Shown here piece by piece: positions 1 to 10,382 of a stretch of DNA of 64,000 bases. Each line of letters begins with the position of its first letter. Within the stretch, counting starts at the first letter, position 1. Position numbers and translations under genes: made by a program. The stretch is taken from contig VGZI01000002.1 in NCBI GenBank assembly GCA_016872605.1, forward strand, positions 8,089-72,088, given 5' to 3'. Below the pieces are notes generated by a model. That model saw only the letters and a list, made by a program, of their open reading frames with translations, had not been told where the DNA came from and did not search any database. The stretch comes from Planctomycetota bacterium. GTDB taxonomy: Bacteria > Planctomycetota > Planctomycetia > Gemmatales > Gemmataceae.

Positions 1-893
1 TGGAGTTCATGCAATTTCACCCGACCGTCCTCTACGTCGCCGGTTCGAGCCGATTCCTCATCAGCGAAGCCGTGCGTGGCGAAGGGGCGTATCTGCGTGA
101 CAAGCACATGGAGCGCTTCATGCTCGCCGTCGATCCGCGTGCCGAGCTGGCCCCGCGCGACATCGTCGCCCAGGCCATCGTCTGCTGCATGGAACGCACC
201 AAGCACCCCAACGTCTACCTCGACCTGCGCCATCTCGACAAGGCCCTGGTGCGCCGCCGTTTCCCCGGCATCGAGAAGGTGTGCAAGGGCTTCGGCATCG
301 ACATTACCAGCGACCTAATCCCAATCCGTCCTGGCGCGCATTACATGATCGGCGGCGTCACGGTCGACGAGAAGGGCCGTACGACGCTGCCCGGGCTCTG
401 GGCCGCCGGCGAAGTGACCTCGAGCGGTCTGCACGGCGCCAATCGGCTGGCGTCCAACAGCCTGCTCGAGGGCCTGGTCTATGGCGCCGCTTGTGCGCGC
501 GGCGCCAGCGAGGTCGCACTCACTATGCCCGACCACTTCACCGCCTTGCCGCTGGCGAGCCGATTCGAGCCCGAGGACGGCGGCAGTCTCGATGTGGCCG
601 ACATCACCAATTCCTTGCGCAGCATGATGGTCCGCCACATGGGCGTCATCCGCGATCGCGCCGGCCTGATCGAAGCCCAGCACGACGTCGCCTTCTGGCA
701 GCGCTACGCCTTGCCACGCGAGTTCACCAACCGCCCCGGCTGGGAGTTGCAGAATCTGTTAACGATCGCGCGCCTGATGATCGACTCTGCCCTGGAGCGC
801 GAAGAATCCCGCGGCGTCCACTTCCGCAGCGACTTTCCGGCGCGCAACGACACCGCGTGGCAACGGCATATTGCGTGCAGGCCGATGGGGTGA
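1..893 (+). CDS. nadB: L-aspartate oxidase, C-terminal part (5' end lies outside the window)
   Basis: Frame of ORF 9..893 is open back to base 3 (E-F-M-Q-F-H-P-T). Motifs GLWAAGEV, HGANRLASNSLLEGLVYG and EESRGVHFRSDFP are typical of NadB-type flavoproteins. Confidence 0.9.
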   Translation, partial: EFMQFHPTVLYVAGSSRFLISEAVRGEGAYLRDKHMERFMLAVDPRAELAPRDIVAQAIVCCMERTKHPNVYLDLRHLDKALVRRRFPGIEKVCKGFGIDITSDLIPIRPGAHYMIGGVTVDEKGRTTLPGLWAAGEVTSSGLHGANRLASNSLLEGLVYGAACARGASEVALTMPDHFTALPLASRFEPEDGGSLDVADITNSLRSMMVRHMGVIRDRAGLIEAQHDVAFWQRYALPREFTNRPGWELQNLLTIARLMIDSALEREESRGVHFRSDFPARNDTAWQRHIACRPMG

Positions 894-1123
894 GGAATAC
901 GCGCCGGAAGCGTAAGCGATGGTCCTTGTCTTCCCCGTCGTTTCGCATTGTGCATTAAGCGCGACCCTCGCTTTTTGGGCGTCGTGGCAAAGTTCGTTCA
1001 TTCATTTAGGGTACACCCCCCCGGTCGCTGAACGAAATGAAAGAGATGATCGAAATGAACGAAGTAAACGAATTCTGCATGCACGAACGCTTACCTGCCT
1101 GGAATTCGACTCCGCGTTAGCGT

Positions 1124-1248
1124 GCGAAGAATCCCGCGGCGTCCACTTCCGCAGCGATTTTCCGGTGGCAGCGGCATTTGGTGTGTAGCCCGGTGGGGTG
1201 AGGAATACGAGCCGGAAGCGTAAGCGACGGTTCTTGCCTTCCCCGTCG
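1124..1248 (+). pseudogene. Diverged duplicate of the nadB 3' end plus its downstream hairpin element
   Basis: 1124-1248 aligns to 799-940 with about 85% identity and a 17-nt gap. It still encodes EESRGVHFRSDFP and has no upstream nadB body. Confidence 0.7.
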
Positions 1249-2499
1249 CCTACGCTTCCGGCTCGTCGGGTCATTCCTCGACCGACACCCATTCTCGTAA
1301 CGGCGCTGACGGAAGGCGTCGTCGAGAAACTTTTGGTGGTTGAAGGGCAGCCGATCAAACGAGGACAGGTCGTCGCTTGCCTCATTGCAGACGACGCCAG
1401 CCTCGCCTTGCAATCGGCCGAGGCGGATCGTGAGCTGCGCAAAGCGGAAGTCGCGCAAGCCGACGCGGCGCTGACTGTCGCCAGGGCGGTGTTGCCCTCG
1501 CAGCTCGTCGCGGCGCGCTCGCGCCTCAGCTACCTTCAGGAAGCCTTTGAAAGCCGAGCGGAAACCAGCAGAATGGGCGCCTTGCCTCGGCTCGTATTGC
1601 CTCAGTCCAAGAGCGAACTGGATGCGGCCGCCAGTGCTCTTGCCGAGCTTGAGATTCGTCAAGGCAAGGTGGAGGGCGTGCGCGCCTTCGCGGAAGCAGA
1701 AGCCGCTGTCAAATCCGCGGCGGCTCGACTGAAGCAAGCGGAGGCGGCTGTCGCCGTCGCCAAACTTCGATTGGACCGTATCATCGTGAAAGCGCCCGTG
1801 GATGGCCAGGTTATCGCTCTTGTCGCGAAGCCAGGTCAACGGCTCATGGGTCAAACACCGCACGGGCATCCGGAAGCGAGCACGGTCATTACCATGTTCG
1901 ATCCGACGATGATTCAGGTTCGCGCAGACGTTCGATTGGATGACGTTCCGAAAGTGCAAGTGGGACAGAGTGTATCCATCGACACGCCTGTCAAGGCAGG
2001 GGCGCCCCTTGAAGGAGTCGTGCTCCAACTCACGTCGCAAGCCGACATTCAAAAGAACACGCTGCAGGTAAAGGTTTCGGTCAAGGCGCCGCCCACGACG
2101 CTTCGGCCCGACATGCTGGTGCAGGTCACGTTTCTTGCATTGCCCACGCGTGAAATCGGTGACGCCGAACGACGATCGCTACGAATCCTGATACCGAAGC
2201 AGTTGGTGGAGAGCGTGGATGGGACCGCACACGTTTGGGTTGCCGACCTGGTTGGCAAGGTCGCACGACGAAAGTCGATCAAGCTCGGCCGGTCGAGCGG
2301 GGAGCTGATAGAAGTGACGCAAGGCCTGACGCCGGCCGATCGTCTCGTCAGCGAAGGGCGGCAAGGATTGAGCGATGGCCAGCGGATCGCACCAACCCAC
2401 GCCGACGTCGGTGTTGACGCCATACGCCATGATGGCCGCTCCCATCCGAAGCGGTTACCCAATCCCGGCGGGAAACAAGACCAGTCCGGAAACCGTTAG
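1198..2499 (+). CDS. HlyD-family membrane fusion (periplasmic adaptor) protein, apparently missing the N-terminal membrane anchor
   Basis: Lipoyl/beta-barrel motif [22 protein letters not shown], a coiled-coil region, and a position upstream of an ABC ATPase and FtsX permease. The first ~35 codons are encoded by the repeat element and contain no hydrophobic helix. Confidence 0.72.
   Translation: MRNTSRKRKRRFLPSPSPTLPARRVIPRPTPILVTALTEGVVEKLLVVEGQPIKRGQVVACLIADDASLALQSAEADRELRKAEVAQADAALTVARAVLPSQLVAARSRLSYLQEAFESRAETSRMGALPRLVLPQSKSELDAAASALAELEIRQGKVEGVRAFAEAEAAVKSAAARLKQAEAAVAVAKLRLDRIIVKAPVDGQVIALVAKPGQRLMGQTPHGHPEASTVITMFDPTMIQVRADVRLDDVPKVQVGQSVSIDTPVKAGAPLEGVVLQLTSQADIQKNTLQVKVSVKAPPTTLRPDMLVQVTFLALPTREIGDAERRSLRILIPKQLVESVDGTAHVWVADLVGKVARRKSIKLGRSSGELIEVTQGLTPADRLVSEGRQGLSDGQRIAPTHADVGVDAIRHDGRSHPKRLPNPGGKQDQSGNR
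1209..1264. repeat. Hairpin element with a 22-bp stem and 12-nt loop (GAAGCGTAAGCGA family)
   Basis: GAGCCGGAAGCGTAAGCGACGG (1209-1230) pairs with CCGTCGCCTACGCTTCCGGCTC (1243-1264) with one non-Watson-Crick position. A degraded copy follows the nadB stop at about 903-940. Confidence 0.8.
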
Positions 2500-2509
2500 G
2501 AGCCATCCC

Positions 2510-3220
2510 ATGCCGCTGGTCGAGATTCACGGGCTGACAAAGGAATACGAAAAGGGCGACCAGAAGATCGTCCCTTTGAAGGACGTTTCCTTGGCCATCG
2601 ACAAAGGCGATTTCGTGTCTTTGATGGGCGCGAGCGGCTCGGGCAAGAGCACGCTGCTCAACCTCATTGCCGGCATCGACGCGCCGACCGCCGGCACGAT
2701 TCATGTTGCCGGCACGGATATCACCAAGCTGTCGAGAACACAGCTCGCAGACTTCCGAGCGAATCACGTCGGGTACATCTTTCAGCTCTACAACCTGATC
2801 CCGGTCTTGACGGCCTACGAGAACATTGAGTTGCCGCTGCTGCTTCTGCCGTTCTCGAGTGCCGAGCGTCAGAAGCGCGTCGAAATCGTGCTGGAAGCGG
2901 TGGGTCTGACGGACCGTTCCGACCATTATCCAAGCCAGTTGTCGGGCGGCCAAGAGCAACGCGTGGGCATCGCGCGCGCTATCGTCGCCGATCCCGCCAT
3001 CGTCGTGGCCGACGAGCCTACCGGCGATCTTGATGCGGAAACGTCCGACCAGGTTTTGGACCTGCTGCAGCGATTGAACGCCGAGCTGGGGACGACGTTC
3101 CTGATGGTGACGCATGATCTCAAGGCGGCGTCCATCGCGCGGCGACGCCTGCGTCTTGAAAAGGGAGTCCTGCTCGAACCTGAGCCGCCGAAAATTGCGA
3201 AGGCCGGCAAGGGAGCGTAA
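2510..3220 (+). CDS. ABC transporter ATP-binding protein (MacB/LolD type)
   Basis: Walker [10 protein letters not shown], signature LSGGQEQR, Walker [12 protein letters not shown] at 2510 follows TAGGAG. The upstream part of ORF 2375.. overlaps the HlyD gene. Confidence 0.92.
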   Translation: MPLVEIHGLTKEYEKGDQKIVPLKDVSLAIDKGDFVSLMGASGSGKSTLLNLIAGIDAPTAGTIHVAGTDITKLSRTQLADFRANHVGYIFQLYNLIPVLTAYENIELPLLLLPFSSAERQKRVEIVLEAVGLTDRSDHYPSQLSGGQEQRVGIARAIVADPAIVVADEPTGDLDAETSDQVLDLLQRLNAELGTTFLMVTHDLKAASIARRRLRLEKGVLLEPEPPKIAKAGKGA

Positions 3221-3222
3221 CC

Positions 3223-4365
3223 ATGTGGAAGTTCCTTCCCTACGTTGCGAAGAACCTGTGGCGCGACCGGACGCGGACATTCCTGACGGTAAGCGGGGCA
3301 GCCGTCGCGATGTTCGTGTTCACGGTCGTCGGCGCCGTTCAGGAAGGCATGGCCAGTTTGAATCGAGGAACCCAGACGGAGCGCACGTTGATCGTGTTTC
3401 AGGCCAATCGCTTCTGCCCTGGCACGAGTCGTTTGCAGGAAGATTACGCTCGGACCATTGCCAAGCTTCCGGGCGTTCAGGAAGCCGTCCCGATCAAGGT
3501 GTTCATGAACAACTGCCGCGCGAGTCTTGACCTGGTCGTTTTCCACGGTCTGCCGCCCAAGCAGCTGCAAAAGATTCGCGATCTCAAGCTCAGCGCCGGC
3601 GATTGGCCCAGCTTCGAGAAACAACGTGACGCAGCCGTCGTCGGGCAGTCCTTGGCGAACCGACGTCGTCTCTCGGCTGGCCAGCGGTTCTCGATCGGCG
3701 AGGTAACGGTCACGATCGCTGGCGTCTTCACGGCGACCAACGCAGCCGAGGAGAGCTTCGTCTACACTCACCTCGAGTTCTTGCAACGCACCCCCGGCAT
3801 CAGTTCCGTCGGAACGGTCACACAAATCGAAGTCCTTCTCGCCGCCGGGTCTGACCCGATGGCCATGTGCAGGACGATTGACGAAAAGTTCCGAGGCGGT
3901 CCGATTCGAACGGACACGCGGCCCAAAGGGGTCTTTCAATCACGAGCCGTCGGCGATCTCGCGGACTTGATTGGGTTTGCCCAGTACCTGGGCTACGCCT
4001 GCGTCGTTCTGGTTCTGACCTTGGTCGGCACAACGACGCTCATGGCCGTTCAGGATCGTGTCCGCGAGCATGCCATCTTGCAAACGCTGGGCTTCACCTG
4101 GCAGTGCATCTTCGGTCTCGTGATGATCGAAAGCCTGATCGTCAGCCTGACCGGCGGCGCCGTCGGCATCGGCGCTGCGCTTGCAGTTCTTTCTTGGAAT
4201 GGATTGGCAGTCGGCTCCGAAGGTGTGACGATCGCCTTCTCGACGTCGCCGATGCTTGCATTCATTGGGATGACGGCCACTTCGATCGTCGGTCTTGTCG
4301 CGGGCGTCCTGCCTGCATGGACCGCGGCGCGAGCGGAGATCGTCGAATCGCTTCGCAGTTTATGA
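3223..4365 (+). CDS. ABC transporter permease, FtsX/MacB family
   Basis: N-terminal TM helix, a large periplasmic loop and three C-terminal TM helices. Starts 3 nt after the ATPase stop. Confidence 0.85.
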   Translation: MWKFLPYVAKNLWRDRTRTFLTVSGAAVAMFVFTVVGAVQEGMASLNRGTQTERTLIVFQANRFCPGTSRLQEDYARTIAKLPGVQEAVPIKVFMNNCRASLDLVVFHGLPPKQLQKIRDLKLSAGDWPSFEKQRDAAVVGQSLANRRRLSAGQRFSIGEVTVTIAGVFTATNAAEESFVYTHLEFLQRTPGISSVGTVTQIEVLLAAGSDPMAMCRTIDEKFRGGPIRTDTRPKGVFQSRAVGDLADLIGFAQYLGYACVVLVLTLVGTTTLMAVQDRVREHAILQTLGFTWQCIFGLVMIESLIVSLTGGAVGIGAALAVLSWNGLAVGSEGVTIAFSTSPMLAFIGMTATSIVGLVAGVLPAWTAARAEIVESLRSL

Positions 4366-4564
4366 ACGGCGTTTCTGCAGCGCTAAATGTCTACGTTTAG
4401 GAGCTTCGCATAGAGTGAAGTGAACACATTCAACCGGCGTACGCCGCACGGCTAGCCGATGCGCGTCGCATAGAATATGGCAACATCTAAGGCGTCGTGA
4501 TTCGTCGTGATAATGAACGTCGCCGCAAGGATATTCGTATTCCTCCAGCAGAAGGAATCCCGTC

Positions 4565-6778
4565 ATGTGTCGAAACGTTGTCATAGCAATGGTGTTGGCA
4601 TTGAGCGTATTCGCCGCTCCGAGCGATGGGCAAGGCAAGCGGTCGGTCGCGGAGTTGATCGCCGCGCTCAAGAAAACCGATGCCGACAAGCTCAAAGCGA
4701 TCGAGGAACTCGAAGCATTGGGCGAGCAGGCGTCGTCAGCGGCGCCGGCGCTGGTCGCACTGCTGCCGGCCAAGAACGAAGACGTTCGTCTCCACGTCGC
4801 GATGGTGATGGGCAAGATCGGCAAGGCGGGCGTTGAGCCGCTGACCAAGGCGTTCAACGCCAAGGATCCCGACGTTCGCTTCTATGCCATCTGGGGCCTG
4901 GCGTTCATTGGCCCGGATGCCAAGAGTGCGACATCCACCGTTGTTATGGGTTTGGGTGACATATCGGCGGCGGTGCGGCGCAAGGCGGCCTATGCGCTGG
5001 GCAAGATCGATGCCGATGCCGACGCCGTTGTTGGGCCGCTGGTCAAGGCGCTGGGCGACAAGGATAACGACGTGCGTGAAGCCGCCGCGGAAGCGCTGCC
5101 GAGGATGGCCAAGGCCGCCGTTCCGGTGTTGACCGACGCGCTGAAGGGGACCAACAAGGAGTTGCTCGGCCAGGCGATGAAAATTCTGGGCAAGATCGGC
5201 GCCGACGCCGCCGCGGCGATTCCGAACTTGGAGGCGCTCCTGCTTGAGAACAAAGGTGCGTCCGACGCCGCCGCGGACGCGCTGGCGGGCATCGGAGTGC
5301 CGTCGGTAAAGGTGCTCGCCTCGGCCGCGAACAACGAGGACGTTCGGGTTCGCGCCCTGGCGGTTCGTTCGCTGCACCGTATCGGTGCGCCGGCCGTCGG
5401 CTCGCTCGTCGACCTGCTCGGCTCGATTCACGTCGATGTGCGCCGCAACGTCGCGTCGCTTCTGGGTCAGATGCAGCTCAACGACAAGTCCGTCGTGATC
5501 GCTCTGGGCTATGCGACCAAGGACAAGGACTCCAGTGTCCGTTCGAGCGCCCTGTTGTCCATCCGGGCCATGGGAGCTTCGGCGAAGTTGGCCGAGCCCT
5601 ATGTCGTCGAGCTATTGACCGATATCGACCAGAACCTGCGCATCAACGCGTTTCACACGCTCGTCGCGCTCGGCGGCGATCCGCGGCCTGGGCTGAAGAA
5701 GGCGCTCGAGCACAAGGATTTTTCCGTGCGCATCAAGACGGCGGTGACGATGACCGAACTCAATCTGGAAGTCGAGCTGGCGGCGCCGATTCTCGTCGAG
5801 GGCTTGAGCCAAAAGGACGAGGCGCTTAAGGTGCAATGCGCCAACGCGCTGTCGGCCCGGGGTCTGCGCGTCGATGAGGTATTGCCGATCTTTCTCGCGG
5901 GGCTTGAGAATCCGATGGCCAACGTTCGCCGCGAGTCGGCCCAGGCGATTGCCCGCTACGGTCCCAAGGGCGCCAAGGCGGCGAAGGCGCTCATCAAACT
6001 GCTCGACGATCCCGACGACGGCGTCGTCGGCCAGGCCATGGCGACGCTCAATGCTGTCGGCGGCGATCCGAAGACTCTGTTCCCGGCCATGGTCAAGGTG
6101 CTGCGCCGTGACGACACGCGGCTGCACGAGCCGGCCGCCCGCGTTATTTTCATGGTCGGCCCCGACGCGATCGACGACATCGCCGATCTGCTCAAGAAGG
6201 AAAAGGCGGCCGGCATTCGTTTGGCATGCTTGCAAACGCTGGCCATGGTCGGCCCGCGCGCCAAGAATGCTGTTCCCGAGTTGATCAAGGCACTCGACGA
6301 CGCCCCGCCGCGCCATCGCATGACCGCCGCCCGCGCCCTGGGCAACATCGGACCGGACGCCAAGGACGGCCTCGTCGCCCTCGCCAAGGCGGCGAAGGAC
6401 ACCGACCCGCATGTGGCCCAAATCGCAAGCGCCGCCATCACTCAAATCAAGGCCGATCCGAATCGCAAGGAGTTCGTCGTGCAAGGCGTGCTGACCCCGG
6501 GCGACCCGCTCGATCGGGTTCGCACCAGCATGTTCCATGTCGTGCACACGTATCCGATGAAGAAAGGGACACGCTATCAGATCGATCTGACTTCGCAATG
6601 GGACAATTATCTCAGGCTCGAAAACGCCCAGGGCGTGCAACTGGCGCAGGACGACGACGGCGGCGGCTTCCCGAACGCCCGCATCATCTTCGACGCCCCC
6701 GAAGACGGCTGGTACCGCATCATCGTCACCAGCTACACGCCGCAAGCCTCCGGCCCCTACACGTTGCGCGTGAAGTAG
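4565..6778 (+). CDS. Secreted HEAT-repeat protein with a C-terminal pre-peptidase (PPC)-like domain
   Basis: Signal peptide MCRNVVIAMVLALSVFAAPS. Many repeats of the form D..VR..AA.ALG.IG. C-terminal YQIDLTSQWDNYLRLE..DDDGGG..YRIIVTSY. Confidence 0.7.
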   Translation: MCRNVVIAMVLALSVFAAPSDGQGKRSVAELIAALKKTDADKLKAIEELEALGEQASSAAPALVALLPAKNEDVRLHVAMVMGKIGKAGVEPLTKAFNAKDPDVRFYAIWGLAFIGPDAKSATSTVVMGLGDISAAVRRKAAYALGKIDADADAVVGPLVKALGDKDNDVREAAAEALPRMAKAAVPVLTDALKGTNKELLGQAMKILGKIGADAAAAIPNLEALLLENKGASDAAADALAGIGVPSVKVLASAANNEDVRVRALAVRSLHRIGAPAVGSLVDLLGSIHVDVRRNVASLLGQMQLNDKSVVIALGYATKDKDSSVRSSALLSIRAMGASAKLAEPYVVELLTDIDQNLRINAFHTLVALGGDPRPGLKKALEHKDFSVRIKTAVTMTELNLEVELAAPILVEGLSQKDEALKVQCANALSARGLRVDEVLPIFLAGLENPMANVRRESAQAIARYGPKGAKAAKALIKLLDDPDDGVVGQAMATLNAVGGDPKTLFPAMVKVLRRDDTRLHEPAARVIFMVGPDAIDDIADLLKKEKAAGIRLACLQTLAMVGPRAKNAVPELIKALDDAPPRHRMTAARALGNIGPDAKDGLVALAKAAKDTDPHVAQIASAAITQIKADPNRKEFVVQGVLTPGDPLDRVRTSMFHVVHTYPMKKGTRYQIDLTSQWDNYLRLENAQGVQLAQDDDGGGFPNARIIFDAPEDGWYRIIVTSYTPQASGPYTLRVK

Positions 6779-6809
6779 GGCTGGTTTCCTTGCTGAAGCC
6801 CCGGGGTCA

Positions 6810-6843
6810 GGGTACTCCCGAAGCCCGGGGTTCGGGAATACCC
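6810..6843. terminator. Hairpin between convergent genes (possible bidirectional terminator)
   Basis: GGGTACTCCCGAA (6810-6822) pairs with TTCGGGAATACCC (6831-6843) with one mismatch. No T-tract follows. Confidence 0.4.
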
Positions 6844-6871
6844 TCCCCCCGGAGTTTCTCGCAATCAAAGC

Positions 6872-8254
6872 CTATCGCAACGGAAACGTCCGATGATCGA
6901 TGTCGCGCGGGTCGAAGCGGCCCAGGCCCAATAGGCCGGCGAGCGCGACGTGCTCGGGCTGACGGCGGTCGAACGGTTCACTAACGAGCGACGCCAAGCG
7001 TTCCTGCTCCAGCGCGATGGCCGCGGCGCCATGGGGCGGCGCCATGGCGGCGAACGCGGCAAGGTTCGGCGACCAGCGCACGCTTTGGCCGGCTTGTATC
7101 AAGCCCATCTCTCCCACTGGAATCCAGCCCAGTTCGGCCCGTTTGCGATCGATAATGTGCCAGCCGACGTGATCGAGCGCGACTGGATCGGTGGCGAAGA
7201 AGATCGACTTGCGCGGCCAGGTTCCCCAGGTGCGATTCCAACTTCCCGGTCCGCCTTCGTAGACGCCGATGAGCCCGTCGCAGATATGCAGCGTTGCCTT
7301 CTCCAGGAGCGGCCTCTGATTGAGCGCCGTTGGAATGAACGTGTTGCACTGGTTCGGCCCGCTCAGGGCGCCGCTTTGCCGGTAGATGCCGGAGACGTGG
7401 CTGCGCGCGACGTTGTTGTTCATGCCGTGCGACATGTTCTTAAGGGCGATGGTGACGCCGGCCGACTTGTGGTCCTTCAGATTCGGGATGGTGATGATCT
7501 TGTTGACCATGCGCGTGACGATCATCGACAAATGCGAACGGTGGCGGCGGTCGTCCCGGCGGTCATGCTCGGGGGCAGCGAATCCCATCGACACGAAGAC
7601 GTCCGGGTCGTAGCCGACGACATGGCGGTCGCGGCCGGCGCCGGAGTTTTGCCCGTCGATCATCGTCTGCTCGTTGTCATACTGGAATGCCGAGGCGAAC
7701 CAGCGCACGTCTTCCATGCCGCGCTCGCTCATGACGGCTTCAAAGCCGGCGTCGCGGAATTCGTTGGCGTAGCGCTCGAAAACGATGATGTTGCGTTTGG
7801 GGACGCCGACATATTCGTGGAGGCAGCGCACCGTCTCCAGCAAGATCGCCGGCGAGGAGATGACGCCGACGGCGTTCGCCACCCGGCCCCCTTCGCCCGG
7901 CTTTGGCTTGCGACCGACGGGATTGACCTTGATGCCGACGACGTCGTCGCGGGCGAACAGGCGTTTCCAGGCGGAGTCGACGTCGCCGCCGACGAGCCGC
8001 GACATGCCGACGCGCATCATTTCGCGCACGGCGTCGGCGTTGACTTCGTGATGATCGTTGATCGAGCCGGGATGTTGAACCTCGATGACCCGGCCAGGAA
8101 ACGGCCCAGGCATAGCCGTAGCAGGGCGCGTGACCTCGACCGATCTGCCGGTGAAGGGCCAATAGCGATGCGCCAGCCAGCCGATGGGAATACCGGCAAG
8201 CGCCCCAAGTAGCAAGCCGCGCCGCGTGATGGGAGTGTCCATGGGGTATTCCAT
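6872..8254 (-). CDS. DUF362-domain protein with a twin-arginine signal
   Basis: N-terminus TRRGLLLGALAG. Core VVGIKVNPVG and ITIPNLKDH resemble DUF362 (recognised from memory). Confidence 0.65.
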   Translation of the reverse strand: MEYPMDTPITRRGLLLGALAGIPIGWLAHRYWPFTGRSVEVTRPATAMPGPFPGRVIEVQHPGSINDHHEVNADAVREMMRVGMSRLVGGDVDSAWKRLFARDDVVGIKVNPVGRKPKPGEGGRVANAVGVISSPAILLETVRCLHEYVGVPKRNIIVFERYANEFRDAGFEAVMSERGMEDVRWFASAFQYDNEQTMIDGQNSGAGRDRHVVGYDPDVFVSMGFAAPEHDRRDDRRHRSHLSMIVTRMVNKIITIPNLKDHKSAGVTIALKNMSHGMNNNVARSHVSGIYRQSGALSGPNQCNTFIPTALNQRPLLEKATLHICDGLIGVYEGGPGSWNRTWGTWPRKSIFFATDPVALDHVGWHIIDRKRAELGWIPVGEMGLIQAGQSVRWSPNLAAFAAMAPPHGAAAIALEQERLASLVSEPFDRRQPEHVALAGLLGLGRFDPRDIDHRTFPLR

Positions 8255-8260
8255 GATCTC

Positions 8261-8314
8261 GTTTAGCGTTCGAGTGGCGCCGCGCGAACGCGCGGCGCCA
8301 CTCGAACGCTAAAC
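8261..8314. repeat. Perfect 26-bp inverted repeat (GTTTAGCG...CGCTAAAC family)
   Basis: GTTTAGCGTTCGAGTGGCGCCGCGCG, then AA, then the exact reverse complement. Lies between two minus-strand genes. Confidence 0.92.
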
Positions 8315-8324
8315 AGATACGCAT

Positions 8325-8996
8325 TCATGGCCGAACGAACGGGTTCGTCCGCTTTTCGTGGCCGATGGTCGTCACGGGGCCATGACCGGGGTAAACGACG
8401 GTGTCATCGGGCATTTTATACAGTTTGGAGCGAATGCTGCTTGCGAGTTGCTCGCTGCTGCCGCCGGGAAAATCGCCGCGTCCGACGCTGCCGCGCATAA
8501 GGACATCGCCGCCAAATACGATCGTTTGCTCGCCTTGCCCGTCCGGTAAAGAAGGGCCGCGCCACGCGAACACGACATGCCCCGGCGAATGCCCTGGCAG
8601 GTCAAGCACGTCCAGGCGGATGCCGGCGTATTCGAGCACATCGCCTTCCTGGACCAGGCGATCCGCCGGCGGGCTCAGTACTGAGAAGCCGAACGGCGCG
8701 CTGAGGTTGAGGACCGGGTCGTGGAGCATCACCGCGTCGGTCGCGCCGATAACAACCGGGGCGTCCGGATACCGTTCCTTAAGTGGCCCGTTGCCGGCGA
8801 TGTGATCGGCATGCCCGTGCGTGTCGAGAATCGCTGCGACATTCAGATTCTGGTCCACGAGATACTCGAGAATGCTGTCCGGATCGAGACCGGGATCGAT
8901 GACCAGGGAGTCATGCCGGTCCGGCTGCCACACGATGTAGGTGTTTTCCTGAAACGGCATTGAAACGATGGTGTGGATTTGCAACATCGCGGACAT
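8325..8996 (-). CDS. MBL-fold metallo-hydrolase (glyoxalase II-like)
   Basis: Motif DTHGHADHIAGN, and later LPGHSPGH. Confidence 0.85.
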   Translation of the reverse strand: MSAMLQIHTIVSMPFQENTYIVWQPDRHDSLVIDPGLDPDSILEYLVDQNLNVAAILDTHGHADHIAGNGPLKERYPDAPVVIGATDAVMLHDPVLNLSAPFGFSVLSPPADRLVQEGDVLEYAGIRLDVLDLPGHSPGHVVFAWRGPSLPDGQGEQTIVFGGDVLMRGSVGRGDFPGGSSEQLASSIRSKLYKMPDDTVVYPGHGPVTTIGHEKRTNPFVRP

Positions 8997-9026
8997 CTCG
9001 TTCCTGCCGCCTGCGGCGGAGCACGG

Positions 9027-10355
9027 CTACCAGATCGGCTTGAAATCTTCATTCTTGCCGCGATAGGCGTGAACGGCGTCCATCAGGACGAGCATGGCCA
9101 GGCACTGGTCGCGGAAGGCTTCGCGATATTGGCGGTTCTGAAGATGTTGAGCCGCCTGCTTGCTCTGTTCCTGGTAGGCCTTGGCGTCGTATTCCCAGTT
9201 CTTCTCCTTGAGCGTCTGCTCGAGCGTCTTGGCAGCGTCCAGCAGCTTCTCGTACATCGACGCATCGAGCGGGCATGGCGTTTGCCGATAGACGTGCAGC
9301 GGCAGTTCCTCCGGCTCGGTTACGAGTTTTTGCGTCTCGCGATAGTTCTGGATCATCAAGCTGACGATCCCCGCCAACAGCGAGAGGCCGGCGAAGATGA
9401 AAGCGTACAGGCCAATGTTGCTTTGCAAAGACGCGAGGATCGTGGCGAGGATGGCTGAAGCGATGCCCAGAGCCAGAAGCAAGAACGCCCAAGGCACTCG
9501 AGTCAACTGCTGCGCCACCAGGCCCAAGCGCGTGCCGGAGGCATTCGAATCCGAAGCGGGAAAGACGACCTCCGCCATGCTGTCGGTGGTCTCCGACTTC
9601 GGCTCGCCGCCGACTCGGACAACGATCACCGTGGTATTGTCGGGCCCGCCCTGCAGGTTCGCCATGTGCACGAGAAAGCGGACGGCCTCGGCCGGTGACA
9701 AGGCGGTCACGACGGCGCCGATGACGCGGTCGTTGACCTGGCCACTCAATCCGTCACTGCACAGAAGAAAAATGTCGCCGCGTTCGATCGGATGCGGGCC
9801 TTCGACATCGACTTCAACGCCGGGAAGCGAACCGAGCGACCGGCTGATGATATTCGACTGAATGTCGAGTTCGTCGGGGTTCTTGCGCTGCTTGCGGGCC
9901 ATTTCCCACAAGTAGCTGTGATCGAAAGTAAGCTGCTCGATGACGCCGCCGCGGATGCGATACGCTCGGCTATCGCCGACGTGGCCGACCCAGGCGCCCT
10001 CCGGGCGCAATACTAAAGCAGTGCCGGTCGTGCCCATGCCTTTGAACTCACGGTTCTGTTGGCCGCGCGTGTGAATGATGTTGTTGGCGTCGGTAAAGGC
10101 GCGCCGCAAAGCACTGATGGCGCCGTCTTGTGCGTACTTGGAAAAGATGTGCGGGATATTGTCGACGGCGATCTTCGCGGCGAGCTCGCCGACCGCGTGG
10201 CCTCCCATGCCGTCGGCAACGAGAAAAACGTGCCCGATTTGTCGCCAATGCTCATCGTCGGCGGCCGGCATGAGGGCGTGATTGTCCTGATTATGGCTGC
10301 GCCGGACCCCGACGTCGGTGTGGCTTGCGTACTCAATCTCGTTGAATCCAATCAC
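9027..10355 (-). CDS. PP2C-family Ser/Thr protein phosphatase with two TM helices and a C-terminal domain
   Basis: Motifs RRSHNQD, LVADGMGGH and LLCSDGL. Hydrophobic segments VPWAFLLLALGIASAILATILA and LYAFIFAGLSLLAGIVSLMI. Confidence 0.85.
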   Translation of the reverse strand: MIGFNEIEYASHTDVGVRRSHNQDNHALMPAADDEHWRQIGHVFLVADGMGGHAVGELAAKIAVDNIPHIFSKYAQDGAISALRRAFTDANNIIHTRGQQNREFKGMGTTGTALVLRPEGAWVGHVGDSRAYRIRGGVIEQLTFDHSYLWEMARKQRKNPDELDIQSNIISRSLGSLPGVEVDVEGPHPIERGDIFLLCSDGLSGQVNDRVIGAVVTALSPAEAVRFLVHMANLQGGPDNTTVIVVRVGGEPKSETTDSMAEVVFPASDSNASGTRLGLVAQQLTRVPWAFLLLALGIASAILATILASLQSNIGLYAFIFAGLSLLAGIVSLMIQNYRETQKLVTEPEELPLHVYRQTPCPLDASMYEKLLDAAKTLEQTLKEKNWEYDAKAYQEQSKQAAQHLQNRQYREAFRDQCLAMLVLMDAVHAYRGKNEDFKPIW

Positions 10356-10382
10356 CCGGTTCCCCGTCCCTGCCTGGAATAC

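Noticed and set aside
919-1188. 89-aa plus-strand ORF between nadB and the HlyD gene
   Set aside because: It is stitched together from the spacer and the duplicated nadB 3' fragment (it ends in ..EESRGVHFRSDFP..). It has no start context and is best explained as a duplication scar.
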